Source of the DNA: Octopus vulgaris | Taxonomy: Eukaryota | Length of the DNA stretch: 64,000 bases | Direction: 5' to 3' | NCBI GenBank assembly: GCA_951406725.2 | Contig: OX597833.1 | Coordinates: forward strand, 66,898,001 to 66,962,000 | Shown here: positions 1-14,260 of the stretch, one piece after another | Numbering within the stretch: the stretch's first letter is position 1 | Layout: every line of letters begins with the position of its first letter | The notes under the pieces: model-generated | What the model was told of the DNA's origin: nothing | What the model saw: only the letters and a program-made list of their open reading frames with translations | Databases searched by the model: none | Translations under genes and position numbers: made by a program

Positions 1-560
1 TAGTAACCACTTATGCGGCACACTGCTGTTGCTAAAACAATTTTCAATGTCATCCACAGAAAAGACTGTCCTGAAATAAACTTAGAAAATCCGTCAGTTA
101 TAGAATACATTCATAATCACCAACTCAAGGAATACTGGTGGAATATTATGTAAGCATAACAGGCCGGATATTGTTATTTGGAAAAGAGGGGCAAAGGTAT
201 GTAACATCATAGAGGTTAACCGAAAATCAAAGAAAAAGAGGCTATCTATAGATAATTATTTCGAAACCTCCATCTGCTATATCCAGACTATGAATTCATA
301 TTCATACCAATAATAATTGGAACACTAGGTTTTTTTAGTAAATGCTAAATGGGAATCTGGATAAACTGGGATTTTTAGAGAGAAATTGGCCGGCTGATTT
401 GTACAATACAAGTGCAATCTGTGAGTGGAACAGTAAAAATATGCAAAACTTCTCTCAAGTTTCAAATGCGAATTAGTCTGTGTTAACTACTTCCCAAAGA
501 TGGAGCCTTGTGTCTTTGTTGGAAACCGGTTCCCTTCTTAGTGGAATATTTATAATAATT
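1..560 (+). mobile_element. Decayed 3' end of an R4/Dong-like (RLE) non-LTR retrotransposon
   Basis: Frameshifted peptides HNRPDIVIW (from 155), LYPDYEFIFIPIIIGTLG and VSGTVKICKTSLKF, typical of the restriction-like endonuclease C-terminus; paralogous to 18930-19720. Confidence 0.8.
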
Positions 561-1497
561 AAAAATGCACCCTAAGGAATTTTTTGATGTTATTATTATC
601 ATCGAGGCCACTGTCTAGCATCGAACTCGGAAACATTGGGGTTGGTAGCCCGCGCCCTTAACCACTACGCCATGTGGTGGTCTATTATAAATATGTACTG
701 TTAAAGAGTTGACAAAACCCCCACCCATGCCAAGAAAGAGAACAATGCCTCCCTTTTTATGTTATCTCGTCTCTTGAATAAATAATTACCGAAAATAAAT
801 CATTATGTAAATCCAATTAAAAAAATTAAATATCTAAATTTAAAATTAATTGTAAATATAGATCAAACAAGGAATATTAATTTCGTAGATTAATATTCAT
901 CACCGTTGAATTAGTTGCGGAAAAAAATATAAACAATGATAAATGATAAAAAAATAAAGCTGCAATAAAATGTCTCCTCACCCTTAATAAAACGCAGCAT
1001 TATTTTCTTGTGTTCTACAAATATATATGGCACACTGTATAACCATTCTAAACAATAAAAGAAAAATAGTAAAGAACCCACAAAAAAAAAAAACAGAATA
1101 GAAACGGAAATAATTATGAACAGAATTGAATTCAAAGAGCTTTGCTGATTTATCTGGCATTTAAAAACCTAATGACATACTCTTGTTAAATTTATTAGGT
1201 TGAAAACAGTAAAAAGGAAGAAATACAAATAAATTAAATTATTTTTTTCTTTTAAAAAAGTAAATATAATATAATATAATATAATATATAAATATTAGTG
1301 ACGGTATATGTGTGCGGTTATAAGATTTGTTTGCTAATCGACAGCTTTCGGGTTCAATACCATTACTCGGGCACGCACTTCGGCAACTATCTTCTAGTGT
1401 TGTCTGCGTAGACGAGGGCCTACTGAGTGAAAAGTGTAAGGAAATTGTATCAAGTCCGTCGAATGTATGCGTGTGTGGTAGTGTGTGTGCGTATGTG

Positions 1498-1544
<47 letters not shown>

Positions 1545-1750
1545 ATATATATGTCTAGATCTCAATGTGTCACAAGAGCGTGAGTTCGAGTTGATAAGAT
1601 AAATTGGTCGTGCAAGTGGCTCAGTGCTCCACAGACAAAAGTACTCTTAACACAGTTCTCAGGAGGATTCAGTGTGGCGCCAAATATGACAAGGAACGCA
1701 TATCGAATAACAGGTACTGCTGGAATGCAGAATTGTATATATATATATAC

Positions 1751-1797
<47 letters not shown>

Positions 1798-1834
1798 TTT
1801 ATATACGCATTTATATATGTGTGTGTATATATAT

Positions 1835-2225
1835 AGGCACGAGAATGAGTGGTGGTCAGTAGCTTGCTTAAAAGTCACACGGTTCCGGGTTCAGTCCCAA
1901 TGCGTGGAACCATGGGCAAATGTCTTCTAGTATAGTTTCGGGCCGACCAAAGCCTTGTGAGTGGATTTAGTAAACGGAAACTGAAAGAATCCCGTCGTAT
2001 ATATATATACGTATATGCTTGTGTCTGTGTTTGTCTGCCCACAATTACTTGACAACCGATGTTGGTGTGTTTACGTCCCTGTAAATTAGCGGTACGGCAA
2101 AAGAGAACCGATAGTATAAGTACTAGGCTTACAAAGAATAAGTCTTGGGGTCGATTTTGTACGACTACAGGAAGTACTCCAGCCTGGCCGCAATCGAATG
2201 ACTGAAGCAAAAGAATAAAAGAGCG
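1835..2225 (+). mobile_element. tRNA-headed SINE family A (CORE-like segment, internal TA/TG microsatellite)
   Basis: B box GGTTCAGTCCC, 'tgggcaaatgtcttct' CORE-like segment, same body as 12134-12525 and 55538-55945. Confidence 0.8.
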
Positions 2226-2625
2226 TATATGTGCGCGTGTGTGTGTGTTTGTGACTATGTGTGTCTTTGTGTCCGTGATTGTCTCCCGACCACCCCTTGA
2301 CAACCGGCGTTGGTATGATTACATCCCTGTTACTCAGCGCTTCGGCAAAAGTGACGGATAAGAGGACTGAACCCGGAACCATGTGGCTGGTAAACAAGCA
2401 ACTGACCACCAGTCACTCTCGCGCCTATATATATATACACACACATATATATACATACATACATACATACATACATACATACATACATACATACATACAT
2501 GCATGCATACATACATACATACATACATACATACGAGGCCTAAAAATGCAATAAATACCGGGATTGATTCATTCGACTAGAAACTCAACAGTGTGGTACC
2601 ACGCGCCTAAGCGCGCGCACACTCA

Positions 2626-2659
<34 letters not shown>

Positions 2660-3675
2660 TACATCCCTATAATTTTTATGCCATTTTAAGATCAATTTAT
2701 GGAGTGTTTAGTTTTCTCCTCAAGATTATATGATATAAACAATGGATGGTAAAAATAATGAAAAAATAAATATAAGAAACACACAGAGACCCCTACCAAA
2801 CTTCGTCCTTAATAAAACTCTGCCCAAAATAAAACAAGATAAATCCTGAAGTTATTGGACAAGTAAGAGAATTGAAACCTCTATGACAAATTTATAGAAT
2901 CGTTTACCAGCTTTTTCCTTCTCTTGTACTTTCAACGAGTTTATCGATTTAGTAATTTTAACTCCCATAAAACTTGTAGTATTTTTTATGGATGTTTAAA
3001 CTAAGACAGAAATGGTGGAATTTTCTTCTAATAAACAATGTTGATATTTCACATTATCGCGAGTTTTTTTCTTCTGTTTCTGGCAGTTGTGATCTTAAAT
3101 TAGACTGTTCTAATTAGCAAGCTTTCTTTCCCCTTTATATTACTTCCATAACCCCCGCTGGTGCTATAAATGTCAGTGAGATGGAAGCTGGGTTTTTTTT
3201 CTCTCTCTTTCTGAAAGTAGTTTGATAATGAATAATTGTCGAACTGATGTAAACACCGTTTTATTATAACAGAATTTGATCTTATGAACGAACTGTATAA
3301 AAAAAAGAGAAACTTATTAAGAACACCTAAACTTTGACTATGATTAATTACTTTTAGAACAAGTCAATAAGGGAGACTCTCAACGGATGCCCACCCCATT
3401 AGAAACAACCACCAAAATATCTCAAGAGCATTCGGAGCGGCAATGTAATGCGGGATACGTCCTTGTCTTCCATCTTTTAATTGTAAACAACCATTTGACT
3501 GTGGTCATGCTGGGGCATTGCCTTGAAATGTTTTAGTCGAACAATCAATTCCAGTATTTACCAATTTTAAACCTGTCGGGGTCATAAACAAACCAAAACC
3601 AGCTGTCAAGCAAGGAAGGGACAACACAAACACACACGCACGTAGATGCATAATATATATATATATATATATATA

Positions 3676-3876
3676 GTTAATCCAAACAAGAAAGCACAAA
3701 AAAAACACAACACGTGAGGACGTGGAACAAATATAGTATTATTAGACGCTCAAGAAAGAAGGAAAGAAGGAGGGTTTAACGTTTCGAGCGGAGCTCTTTG
3801 TCGGAAACATAGGAGAAAGAAAGATCCAGAGAAGGGAAGACAGATGAAAGGAAAATCGCCAACGGTACACACGAGG

Positions 3877-3880
<4 letters not shown>
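3676..3880 (-). mobile_element. ~200-bp non-coding repeat with a minimal hammerhead fold (family H3)
   Basis: Near-identical to 10107-10277, 29436-29635 and 56034-56234; flanked by (TA)n/(CA)n; hammerhead-like fold at 3774-3808. Confidence 0.75.
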
Positions 3881-3944
<64 letters not shown>

Positions 3945-3945
3945 C

Positions 3946-4368
3946 GTTTGTTTTTTTTATTTCTCGTATTGTATTTTATTTCTCGTTTTGTATTTTCTTG
4001 TACATGTATTTTTATCTTGTATTTTATTGTGCAGTTTTATTGTTACGTCCTGTTTGTGTTACATTTTTTTCGTGCTTGTTTTACCCCTCTGCGAGGTTAT
4101 TTTATTTTAATTCTCTCGCAGGAAGGCCTAGTATTGACGAGTCGTGTCCTGTCTGGCCTTCGAAACACGCTAAGTCTACTAGCGACAGCTGATGAAGGGG
4201 ATTTTTCCTTATGTAGTATGTCCTGTACCTTGTTTTTCTGTTGTAAATAATGTTTTTCCCGTTTTCGTTCTCGTCCTGTTCCACGTCTCTGTCTTTCTGT
4301 TGTAAAAAAATGGCTTTTCCGTTTTCGTTTCTGTTGAGTTCTACGTCTTTTTGTGGTGTCCTGTACGT
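3946..4368 (+). mobile_element. Penelope-pLTR/retrozyme-like non-coding element with a type I hammerhead fold at 4128-4182
   Basis: Stem I CTAGTA/TACTAG, TTGACGA..GAAAC..GTC; bounded by (TA)n on both sides. Confidence 0.6.
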
Positions 4369-4455
4369 ATATATATTTATATTTGCATGTATATATACAT
4401 GTAGATGTAGGTACGTACATATATGTTTGTATGTATGCATATATTTTATTTATTA

Positions 4456-4506
<51 letters not shown>

Positions 4507-4510
4507 TATA

Positions 4511-4550
<40 letters not shown>

Positions 4551-4712
4551 TGTGTGTGTGTGTGTGTGTGTGTATTTAAATGGGCTGCCACGATTTTCCC
4601 CAAAGTTCAGGAGGCTATTTGCTGCAGAAGATTAGTTTGGAGACGTTTAGTCCTGAAGAAGGCAACTGAAGGTTAGCCTTGTCAGCCGTGGTTGCCAAGG
4701 GATAGAAACTTA

Positions 4713-4939
4713 AGGCGGCGAGCAGGCAGGAAACGTTAGCACGCCGAGTGATGCTTAGCGGTATTTCGTCTGCCGTTACGTTCTGAGTTTAAATTCCGCC
4801 GAGGTCGAATTTGCCATTCATCCTTTCCGGGTCGATAAATTAAGTACCAGGTACGCACTGGTTTCGATGTAATCGACTTAATCCCTTTGTCCTTGTTTGT
4901 GCCCTCTATGTTTAGCCCCTTGTGGGGAATAAAGAAATA
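4713..4939 (+). mobile_element. SINE family M (tRNA head, Meta/Sauria-like central domain, Tx1-like 3' tail)
   Basis: ggcggcgagc..gagtttaaattcc head; 'ttcatcctttccgggtcgataaattaagtaccag' domain; tail 'tttagccccttgtggggaataaagaaata'. Confidence 0.75.
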
Positions 4940-5146
4940 AGAAACTTTCTGCCGGTGATGACTAGTACAGTTCACATTTGCTCACTTAGGAAAAGCGTAC
5001 AGTTTAAGAGATGAAATGCTTGTGATGTTGAGATACTTGTTGAACGTACAGATATTACAGTAAACTTAGTCATCATCAGCAGAAATTGTTACAATATACA
5101 AAACTAGGAGAGTATTTTAGTTCACTTGAAGCATTCTGTATTGTTT

Positions 5147-5448
5147 CTAAAGAATAAAAAGTTTTGAATGGTACAACAATGCACTATAATACAAAGTATA
5201 TAACTGTTGTAATTTAGTTATCCATACTCTAATAATATTTCGGAATAAAATTCCTTCTTCAGATAGTCTTAGAGGAAATCGCTGCTATAACCGATTATAG
5301 CAGAGACCCCCATCTAAATATATCTGAAGAAGGAATTTTATTCCGAAATATTAGCAGACTATGGGTGACTAAATTATAAGAGGTATATAACCCATTGTTT
5401 GTATTATAGTGCATTGCTGTACGATTCAAAACTTTTTTTATGCTTTAG
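5147..5448. repeat. ~300-bp foldback (inverted duplication), each arm with a minimal hammerhead core
   Basis: Arms pair around loop CCGA at 5291-5294; CTGAAGA-A-GGAAT-TTT-ATTCC-GAAA at 5324-5348 (+) and its mirror at 5238-5262 (-). Confidence 0.8.
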
Positions 5449-6216
5449 TAGCTTCTAGATTTTCTGAGTAGCACAAAACATCTCTCGTATTTATTCCACG
5501 TGTATAGATAACCAGCTTGGACCCCCAACAGTAACAAAACGAAACATCTCCTCTAATGACTCCCATGGCACTAAAGCAAAGTCAGGAGGCAAACACGAGC
5601 TCAGTGTAAACGTGAAAAGTTAAATATAAACATACAGAAAACAGAGCAAGAGTCACACAAAAACAAAAAAAAAACTTAAAATACGACAACCAAATGAAAA
5701 AATAATTGTATGGAAATTTCATTTTCACTGATACAAATAACGGAAAGACAAAAAAAAAATACAAAAATAGGTAAATATTAAAAAGCAAATAAAATTTAAA
5801 TGTCTGGTTTATATTTTATTAGAATTAAAACAATGCGTAAATAGTGCGATGTGGATGGGGGATTATGGCGTATTAGGAAGCAGCATGAAATTATAATTTC
5901 AAATGGAACAAATGAATAATTTACAGCAAATTTTAAATGGAAATCCTATGAATATCGTTGCGTATTGTATTGTGATGTACAGACGACAGCCATACGTCAG
6001 AAGAACGAAGAAAAAAAAAGCAAAAAACAACAACAGAAAGACAAAAAATGACGATGGTATTTGTTACCGAAAAGTATTATATACTATCTACATTGACGCA
6101 ATAGTAACAACAACAACAACAACAAAAACAACAACAACTACTATAGTAATAATAATAATAATAGTGATTTGAAGTTTTGACACAAGAACAGAGATTTCGT
6201 GGAGAGGTAAGTCGAG

Positions 6217-6598
6217 TTAGTTAGTTAATTAATTTTTTGGCTCGAAAAGCAAAAAGCAAGGCCATGTAGGGGGACATGGATTTATGTACAGGGAGGGTGT
6301 TCATGTAAAGAGTTCAGGCCATTTGTGGTCAAGAGAGACTTTGAACAGAGCGGTCGTCGGCATCTTCACCATCTCGTCCGGCAGCTTATTCCACGGATCC
6401 GCAACCAGGACGGAGAAAGCCCCTCTCCTTCGATTGAGATGAAATCGTCTCAGATAGAGCTTTTCGGAATGACCCCGCAGCCGAAGTTCAGGAGCAGGAG
6501 TGAAGAACAGCTCTTTCGAGAGGTTACACTTTCTGCTTATGTCTTCAGCCTTTCTTCATAGGACAAATTCTTGAGACCAAGAACCATGCGGGTAGCTA
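6217..6598 (-). mobile_element. CR1-like LINE 3' fragment
   Basis: Minus strand reads RLRGHSEKLYLRRFHLNRRRGAFSVLVADPWNKLPDEMV..FKVSLD (CR1 ORF2 C-terminus); short ttaa/ctaa-type tail; paralogues at 8690-8840 and 53980-54210. Confidence 0.8.
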
Positions 6599-6690
6599 GA
6601 ATCGACACCAGTATTCAACTGGTACTTATTATATCAACTCCGAAGAGATGAACAGCAAAGTCGACCTCGGCCAAAATGATACTACTACTG

Positions 6691-6741
<51 letters not shown>

Positions 6742-6743
6742 AA

Positions 6744-6776
<33 letters not shown>

Positions 6777-6966
6777 TAATAACTGATGGGAAGTGTTAGC
6801 ATGTACATTCCAAAGGGCCGACCTGCGGCACGCTGAATCCCCGCGGGGACTACGTTCAGGGTACACGTGTCTGTGGAGTGTTCAGCCACTTGCACATTAA
6901 TTTCATGAGCAAGCTGTTCCATTGATCGTATCAGTTGGGACTCTCCTCGTCGTAACCGACGGAGTG

Positions 6967-7009
<43 letters not shown>

Positions 7010-7109
7010 GCAAAGAACTAACATATGCAGCCACGCTTGTACTTAAATGATACAAATCTCCTAGATTACCCCTCTTTCTATAATTCATAATCAGATTACA
7101 ATGGATTTA

Positions 7110-7154
<45 letters not shown>

Positions 7155-7294
7155 ATATATATATATATATATATATATACGAAATCTGTAAATAAAGATG
7201 TTGGCATTCTTGTAAGAACAACAGAATGAGGCATGCGAATGATATTAAAATTCCTCGAATGTCGTATGTACAGAACTACATGTGTAAGTGTATG

Positions 7295-7339
<45 letters not shown>

Positions 7340-7561
7340 AGGTGTGTGTACACACGCAATTATGCAAAATAGCGTTCAGATTATAATAGATTATGACAAT
7401 GCCTTGCAGCGAATATTCTCTAAATAGGATAAAACATCTTATCTCTCCCATCACTATGGCAGAGCCATCATTACAATGACTAACGCGCATGTTTATGTGA
7501 AAGGCAATCACAGAGAGCTACTTATGTGTATTCATATCCTCTGTATATATATGTATATATG

Positions 7562-7631
<70 letters not shown>

Positions 7632-7652
7632 TATATTTATTTATATATATGG

Positions 7653-7693
<41 letters not shown>

Positions 7694-7845
7694 TATATGT
7701 ATATGTATATATGGATATGTATATATATATATATGGATATATATATATACATACATATATATTATATAGATAAATATATGTATATTATATATATATATGT
7801 TTATTTGTATTCGTGTGTGTGTGTGTGTGTGTACTAAATAATATA

Positions 7846-7883
<38 letters not shown>

Positions 7884-7968
7884 TAAGTAGGTCTGTATGA
7901 CTGTTTTTCACACGCACACACAACACACACATATATGCATATTTATGTATATACATAAATATGCATGC

Positions 7969-8016
<48 letters not shown>

Positions 8017-8234
8017 GCATACATATATATGCTTATACACTCATATGCATCTGTAAGTAAAGTTTATATATGTATATAAATATATATATTTATATACATA
8101 GAAATTCGGTATATGTTTATTTATTTACATTATATGCTATATATGGATAATTTTTACACATGTCCTTCATAATATAAATCTCATTTAGTGCAGAGAAGTC
8201 GAAATAAATATGAATTATAGCTATGAATTTTTAC

Positions 8235-8312
<78 letters not shown>

Positions 8313-8689
8313 GCACACACACAAAGGAGCGCACGCGAATAACCGTTAGTTGCCTTGGTTTAAGTTTACATCTGACTAGACTCACATTTCTTCTTTCTTT
8401 CTCATAAGGATAAATATGGATATCCGAAATCATTCTCTGCCATTTCCTTTATCTAGTCCTTTGCAAAAAATTTTTCTTTATACTTCTTTCACGGGAGAGA
8501 ACAGTGAGATATAGTTAATTAAATTAAATTAATTATTTCTATTTAGCTATGAAGTTGTATGATTTTAATATCGCTGTTCGAAACGATCGTCTGCATGAAT
8601 TAAAATTCTCTTACATTTTAATACCTGTTCTCCATTTTTAACAAATATGTTAGTTTTATGTGATTCCTTTCCATAAATTCATATAACAC

Positions 8690-8840
8690 ACCATATAACC
8701 CGACGACCGCTCGGTTCAAAGTCTCTCTTGACCAGAAATGGTCTGAACTCTTTGCATGAACACCCTCTCTGTACACCCTCCATGTCTCCCTACATGGCCT
8801 TGCTTTTTGATTTTTGAGCCCCAAAATTAACTTAAATTAA
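8690..8840 (+). mobile_element. CR1-like LINE extreme 3' end
   Basis: Reverse complement of part of 6217-6598. Confidence 0.75.
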
Positions 8841-8879
8841 ACCGTTTGGTTTTCTATCTATCCATCCACCATCTGCGTC

Positions 8880-9180
8880 CAATATTCTTGTAAAGATCAT
8901 GACGGTAGAGTCCTCAGTCGCCTCTCACGTTTTTAAAGTTATCTGCTGGATTCCCAAGCGAGATCAGCTGAGTCTATAGATATTACCCACCAATCCCTTT
9001 CTTGGTTTACTCCTAAATCTCACACAAATTAGTTCAGCTTGAAGAATCTGTCTCGCGTTCCTTTCCTGCGAGATTTTACTAACTTGTCCGTAGTACATGA
9101 TCTTTGACCTCCCAATGCGCAGAAGCCGCGGTTCCAAATGGCGAGACTCTCTGATTACGGAGCTACAAAACATTTCAAAA
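8880..9180 (-). mobile_element. RTE-like LINE ORF2 C-terminal relic
   Basis: LLRIGRSKIMYYGQVSKISQERNARQIL..RFRSKPRK resembles the RTE 'LRWxGHVxR..R.RGRP' C-terminus. Confidence 0.55.
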
Positions 9181-9853
9181 TATTGCGTTTCAAAAAGAAA
9201 TTGATTTCTTTTCCTTTATTTAATTTAACGCAGCATGTTCACTAATGTCTGCCTCACCTGCATTCATGCATAATCTTGTTTAATAAAAATTATCAAAAAG
9301 TCACTTAACCCATTGGTAAGTAACTGCATTAACTCGAAAGAGAAACATCTTCCTCGAAGGTGACTCTCTTCGTATTATCGCCACATCTTTAGTCTTTGTA
9401 TAAATTTGGAATGTAATATCGAATTCTGGTAGGTTATCTATTCGATGCAACGTATTTTGGCTTCCATTATCTGCCTATTCGAATTTTTATATGGCTTCAT
9501 AACACTACGCAAATCTTTATGCCATCATATATAATGTAATACAGAATCCTTGTTTCTGGTTATCGTATAATTACGGAATTGTTTTGCTCAGTCAATAAAT
9601 GTACCGCAGACATAGAGAAATATAAAAAGGCAAGCGCTTGCGGTTGTGCGTATCTTTGTGAGAAAGATTGTATGTGTGTGCGTGAGTGTGCGTGTGTGTG
9701 TGTGTGTGTGTGAGCATAGACGTGACTGCGTGATAAGGGGTTTGTTTCGCAACCACATGATTCACAGTTCAGTCTCAATACGCGACACATTTTAGACCAG
9801 GCCGACCAAAGCTTAGTAAGTGTATTTTTAGACGTAAATGAAGTTATCATGTC

Positions 9854-9935
<82 letters not shown>

Positions 9936-10005
9936 GTATATATATATATATGTATATATATATGTATATATATATGAATATATATATACATATGTATATG
10001 TATAC

Positions 10006-10093
<88 letters not shown>

Positions 10094-10106
10094 CGGTCTT
10101 TCAAAA

Positions 10107-10393
<287 letters not shown>

Positions 10394-11044
10394 GTATATA
10401 TGTATGCATGTATGTATGTATGTATGTGTGTGTGTCGTTGGTATTATGTTTAACTGTCCTATTCCTATGTCCAAATTTGGCCAAATGCGTTGTTTTTAAG
10501 ATATATTTTTGCGTGCAATAGCCGGCTCTTTTGGCCAAACTATCGTATCTCCAGTTGGTTCAAAGTGTAGTAAAACGGTTTTGCGATGGAATGGTGAAAC
10601 TACATTTTCGTTTTTCTAAAAAAGAATAATTTTGGACTTACGACGCTTTTGCATAATATCAACGATACACACAAACACACACATATATATACACTTTTTA
10701 CTCTTTTAATTGTTTCAGCCATTTGACTACGGCCTTGTATTTATTCTATCGGTTTCTTTTGTCGAACAGCTGGTTATAGGGACGTAAACACACCAGCATC
10801 AGATCTCAAGCGATGTGGGGGTGGTGGCAAACACAGACACACAAACATATACACACAAATAATTATATATATATATATACATATATACGAATGGCTTCTT
10901 TCATTTTCAGTCTACCAAATCAACTCACAAGGCTTTGGTTGGCTCGAAGCTCAAGTAGAATACACTTGCCCAAGGCGGCACGCAGTGGAACTGAATCCGG
11001 AACCATGTGGTTCTCTAAGGAAGGTATATATATATATTTTGATT

Positions 11045-11166
<122 letters not shown>

Positions 11167-11349
11167 GATAGTGGTTAGGCACGACTCGCGGTCCAGGATT
11201 TGATTCTCAGACCGGGCTGTGTGTTTATTGACGAAACACCTAAAGCTCTACGAGGCTCCGCATGGTGATTGTACTCTTCACCAATGGCGGTGCCCAGCAT
11301 GACAGCTAAAGCTGAAACTGAAAAACAAAAAACAAAAAACAAAAAACAA

Positions 11350-11401
<52 letters not shown>

Positions 11402-11402
<1 letters not shown>

Positions 11403-11800
11403 TAACGTTGTAAGGTACCGCAAGAGTGGAAATATATATGAAAGAAGGTTTTAAAGTGCAATTTTAAATATATTTATTCTCTTGACCGGTTTCACTTTTT
11501 CGGAAAAAGATTGTCAAAAGCAAAATGTAAAGCTTTGTATGAGCTTTGTTGTGTTAAGTACTGATAATAATAAGAAAATGTTAAAAACAGATATACATTC
11601 TTTGATAATAATCAGAAAATGTTAAAAACAATTTACAAGAAAGTATTTAAGAAATTATTCAAAACGGAACTCCAGAGTTCAATAAAAATCATGTTTGCTT
11701 GGTAGTATTTATATACAGAGAAGGAGATATATTTAACAATTTTAAAAAAATTGTAGAGGAATAACTGACCTGTCTTTCTGAGATGTTGTCTTGTGTGTAG
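11402..11800 (-). mobile_element. Penelope-pLTR-like relic with a decayed minimal hammerhead (11481-11520)
   Basis: Minus strand ctt-TTGACAA-tctttttccgaaaaagt-GAAACCGGTC-aag; palindromic stem III ACCGGT; begins at a (TA)n tract; boundaries approximate. Confidence 0.45.
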
Positions 11801-12133
11801 CTACAGACAAGACAAAATGTGCTTACGACAACGAGGGTTCGAGTTGATCCGAACAAGGGCACAGCTTGTTTGTGAGAAAAAAAACGTGCAATTGGCTGAG
11901 CACACCTCAGTCACGCATAACCCTTCACATAATTTTCATGGAAATTCAGCGTGACACTGAGTGTGACAAAGCTGGCCCTTTGAAGTACAGGTACTACTTA
12001 TTTTTTTCCCCAGCTAAGTGGTCTGGATCAGCGTGAAATAAAGTGTCTTGCTCAAGGACACAACGCGCCGCCGGGAATCGAACTCGCGAGCCGAATGTCC
12101 TAATCTATGAACCATTTTCGTGTCTATATGTAT

Positions 12134-12291
12134 AAGGTGCAGGAGTGGCTGTGTGGTAAGTAGCTTGCTAACCAACCACATGGTTCCGGGTTCAGTCCCA
12201 CTGCGTGGCATCTTGCTATAGCCCCGGGCCGGCCAATGCCTTGTGAGTGGATTTGGTAGACGAAAACTGAAAGAAGCCCGTCGTATATATG

Positions 12292-12322
<31 letters not shown>

Positions 12323-12525
12323 TTGTGTGTCTGTGTTTGTCCCCCTAGCATTGCTTGACAACCGATGCTGGTGTGTTTACGTCCCCGTCACATAGCGGTT
12401 CGGCAAAAGAGACCGATAGCATAAATACTGGGCTTACAAAGAATAAGTCCTGGGGTCGATTTGCTCGATTAAAGGCGGTGCTCCAGCATGGCCGCAGTCA
12501 AATGACTGAAACAAATAAAAGAGTA
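12134..12525 (+). mobile_element. SINE family A, essentially full length
   Basis: A box TGGCTGTGTGG, B box GGTTCAGTCCC, internal microsatellite, 3' aaaagagta; serves as the uninterrupted reference for the 38831/41115 split copy. Confidence 0.85.
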
Positions 12526-12541
12526 TGTTTGTGTGTGTGCA

Positions 12542-12573
<32 letters not shown>

Positions 12574-13265
12574 CATCTTTGTTTTTTTGCCCCAGCAGCG
12601 CTTGATAAATGCTATTGGTTTGCCTAAGACCCAGTAACAAAACGTTTCTAGAAAAAAAAAAAACACTTTAAACGATTAATTTCTGAGTCGATCACTTCGA
12701 CCATAGCCTATCAAGGCGATGCCTCAGCATGGCCGCAATCTCATGACGAAAACAAGTCAATCATAAAAAGTAGAACCTAACATCAATTAGAAACTGTGAT
12801 TTTTTCCTTTCTCTCTAGGGACGGAAGTTAATTTTGAACATTAAGGATCCTGTAAAAATTATGACTCCCTCTGGCTTTTGATGTAAATTATGAAAATGTT
12901 CTACCTTGTCACAAACTGAATAAATCAATATGAAGATTTATTTTTCCATGTTCTCAGTGCAGGTCCCACTGTGATCATGTTTGCATTTCATTACTCTGGA
13001 CTTAATTAACCCTTTAAATACGCTAATTAATGTTTGAACATGTTACTCTAACCGCAATAAATTGGCGACGCGACAATTAATTATATTTTAAACCAGAATT
13101 AAAAAAAAAAATTATTTAAAAGCAACTGGCGTGATTGTCAGAATGCTTAATTGAAAAATTTTCATATCTCTGCCCAAGTTCTGAGAATCGGTTATTGACA
13201 TTTTGCGTACTAAATTCTTTGGGTCGAGCGAAAACTGAAGCGGGTGCATTTTAGTTTCAATATAG

Positions 13266-13648
13266 AGAAGCACTCCGTCAGTTACGACGACGAGGGTTCC
13301 GGTTGATCCGAATCAACGGAACAGCCTGCTCGTGAAATTAACGTGTAAGTGGCGGAGCACTCCACAGACACGTGTACCCTTAACGTAGTTCTCGGGGATA
13401 TTCAGCGTGACACAGAGAGTGACAAGGCCGGCCCTTTGAAATACAGGTACAACAGAAACAGGAAGTAAGAGTGAGAGAAAGTTGTGGTGAAAGAGTACAG
13501 CAGGGATCACCACCATCTCCTGCCGGAGCCTCGTGGAGCTTTAGGTGTTTTCGCTCAATAAACACTCACAACGCCCGGTCTGGGAATCGAAACCGCGATC
13601 CTATGACCGCGAATCCGCTGCCCTAACCACTGGGCCATTGCGCCTCCG
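13266..13648 (-). mobile_element. tRNA(Arg)-like-headed SINE (octopus OR-like), full length with TSD
   Basis: 13-bp TSD AGTTTCAATATAG at 13253-13265 and 13649-13661; near-identical to 44750-45131. Confidence 0.85.
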
Positions 13649-13669
13649 AGTTTCAATATAGTATTCGTA

Positions 13670-14260
13670 GAAGACTGTGAGCGGGCAGGATTTTTAGTAC
13701 GTCTTTACGTTCTGAGTTCAAATTCTACCGGGGGTGACTATGCGTTTCATCCTTCTTGGGTCGATAAAGTAAGTTCCAGTTGCGTACTAGGGTTGATTTA
13801 GTCGACTGGCCCCCTCCCCCAAAATTTCGGGCCTTGTGCCTAGAGTACAAAAGACTATATTCTTCAAAGAAGGCTGTGATCTGGCAGGATCTTTAGCACG
13901 TCATTTCGTCCGTCTTTACGTTCTGAGCTCAAATTCTGCCGTGGGATGACTTTGCGTTTCATCCAATCGAGGTCGATAAATTAAGTACCAGTCGAGGTTT
14001 GGGATCGATTAAATCGATTTAACCCATTCCTCGAATTTGCTGTCCTTGTGCCAAAATTTGAAATCGATATTAAGGTGGTAATCTGGCAGAGGCGCCAGCA
14101 TGCCAGGAGAAATGCTTAGCAGCATTTCGTCTGTCTACGTTCTGTATTCAAATCCTTTGGGGGGGGGGGTTAAGTACCAGATGAGCCCTAGGGTCGATGT
14201 AATCGTCGTAGCTCTTCCTCATAGCTTCCTGGCCTTGTGCCAAAATTTGAAACCAATATA
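13670..14260 (+). mobile_element. Cluster of three degraded SINE-M-related copies
   Basis: Repeated 'cgttctgagttcaaattc..ttcatcc..gtcgataaa..taccag..gccttgtgcc' blocks. Confidence 0.65.

Noticed and set aside
13313-13516. 67-aa ORF nearly identical to 44881-45084, suggesting a duplicated gene
   Set aside because: Both lie inside copies of the same TSD-flanked SINE.
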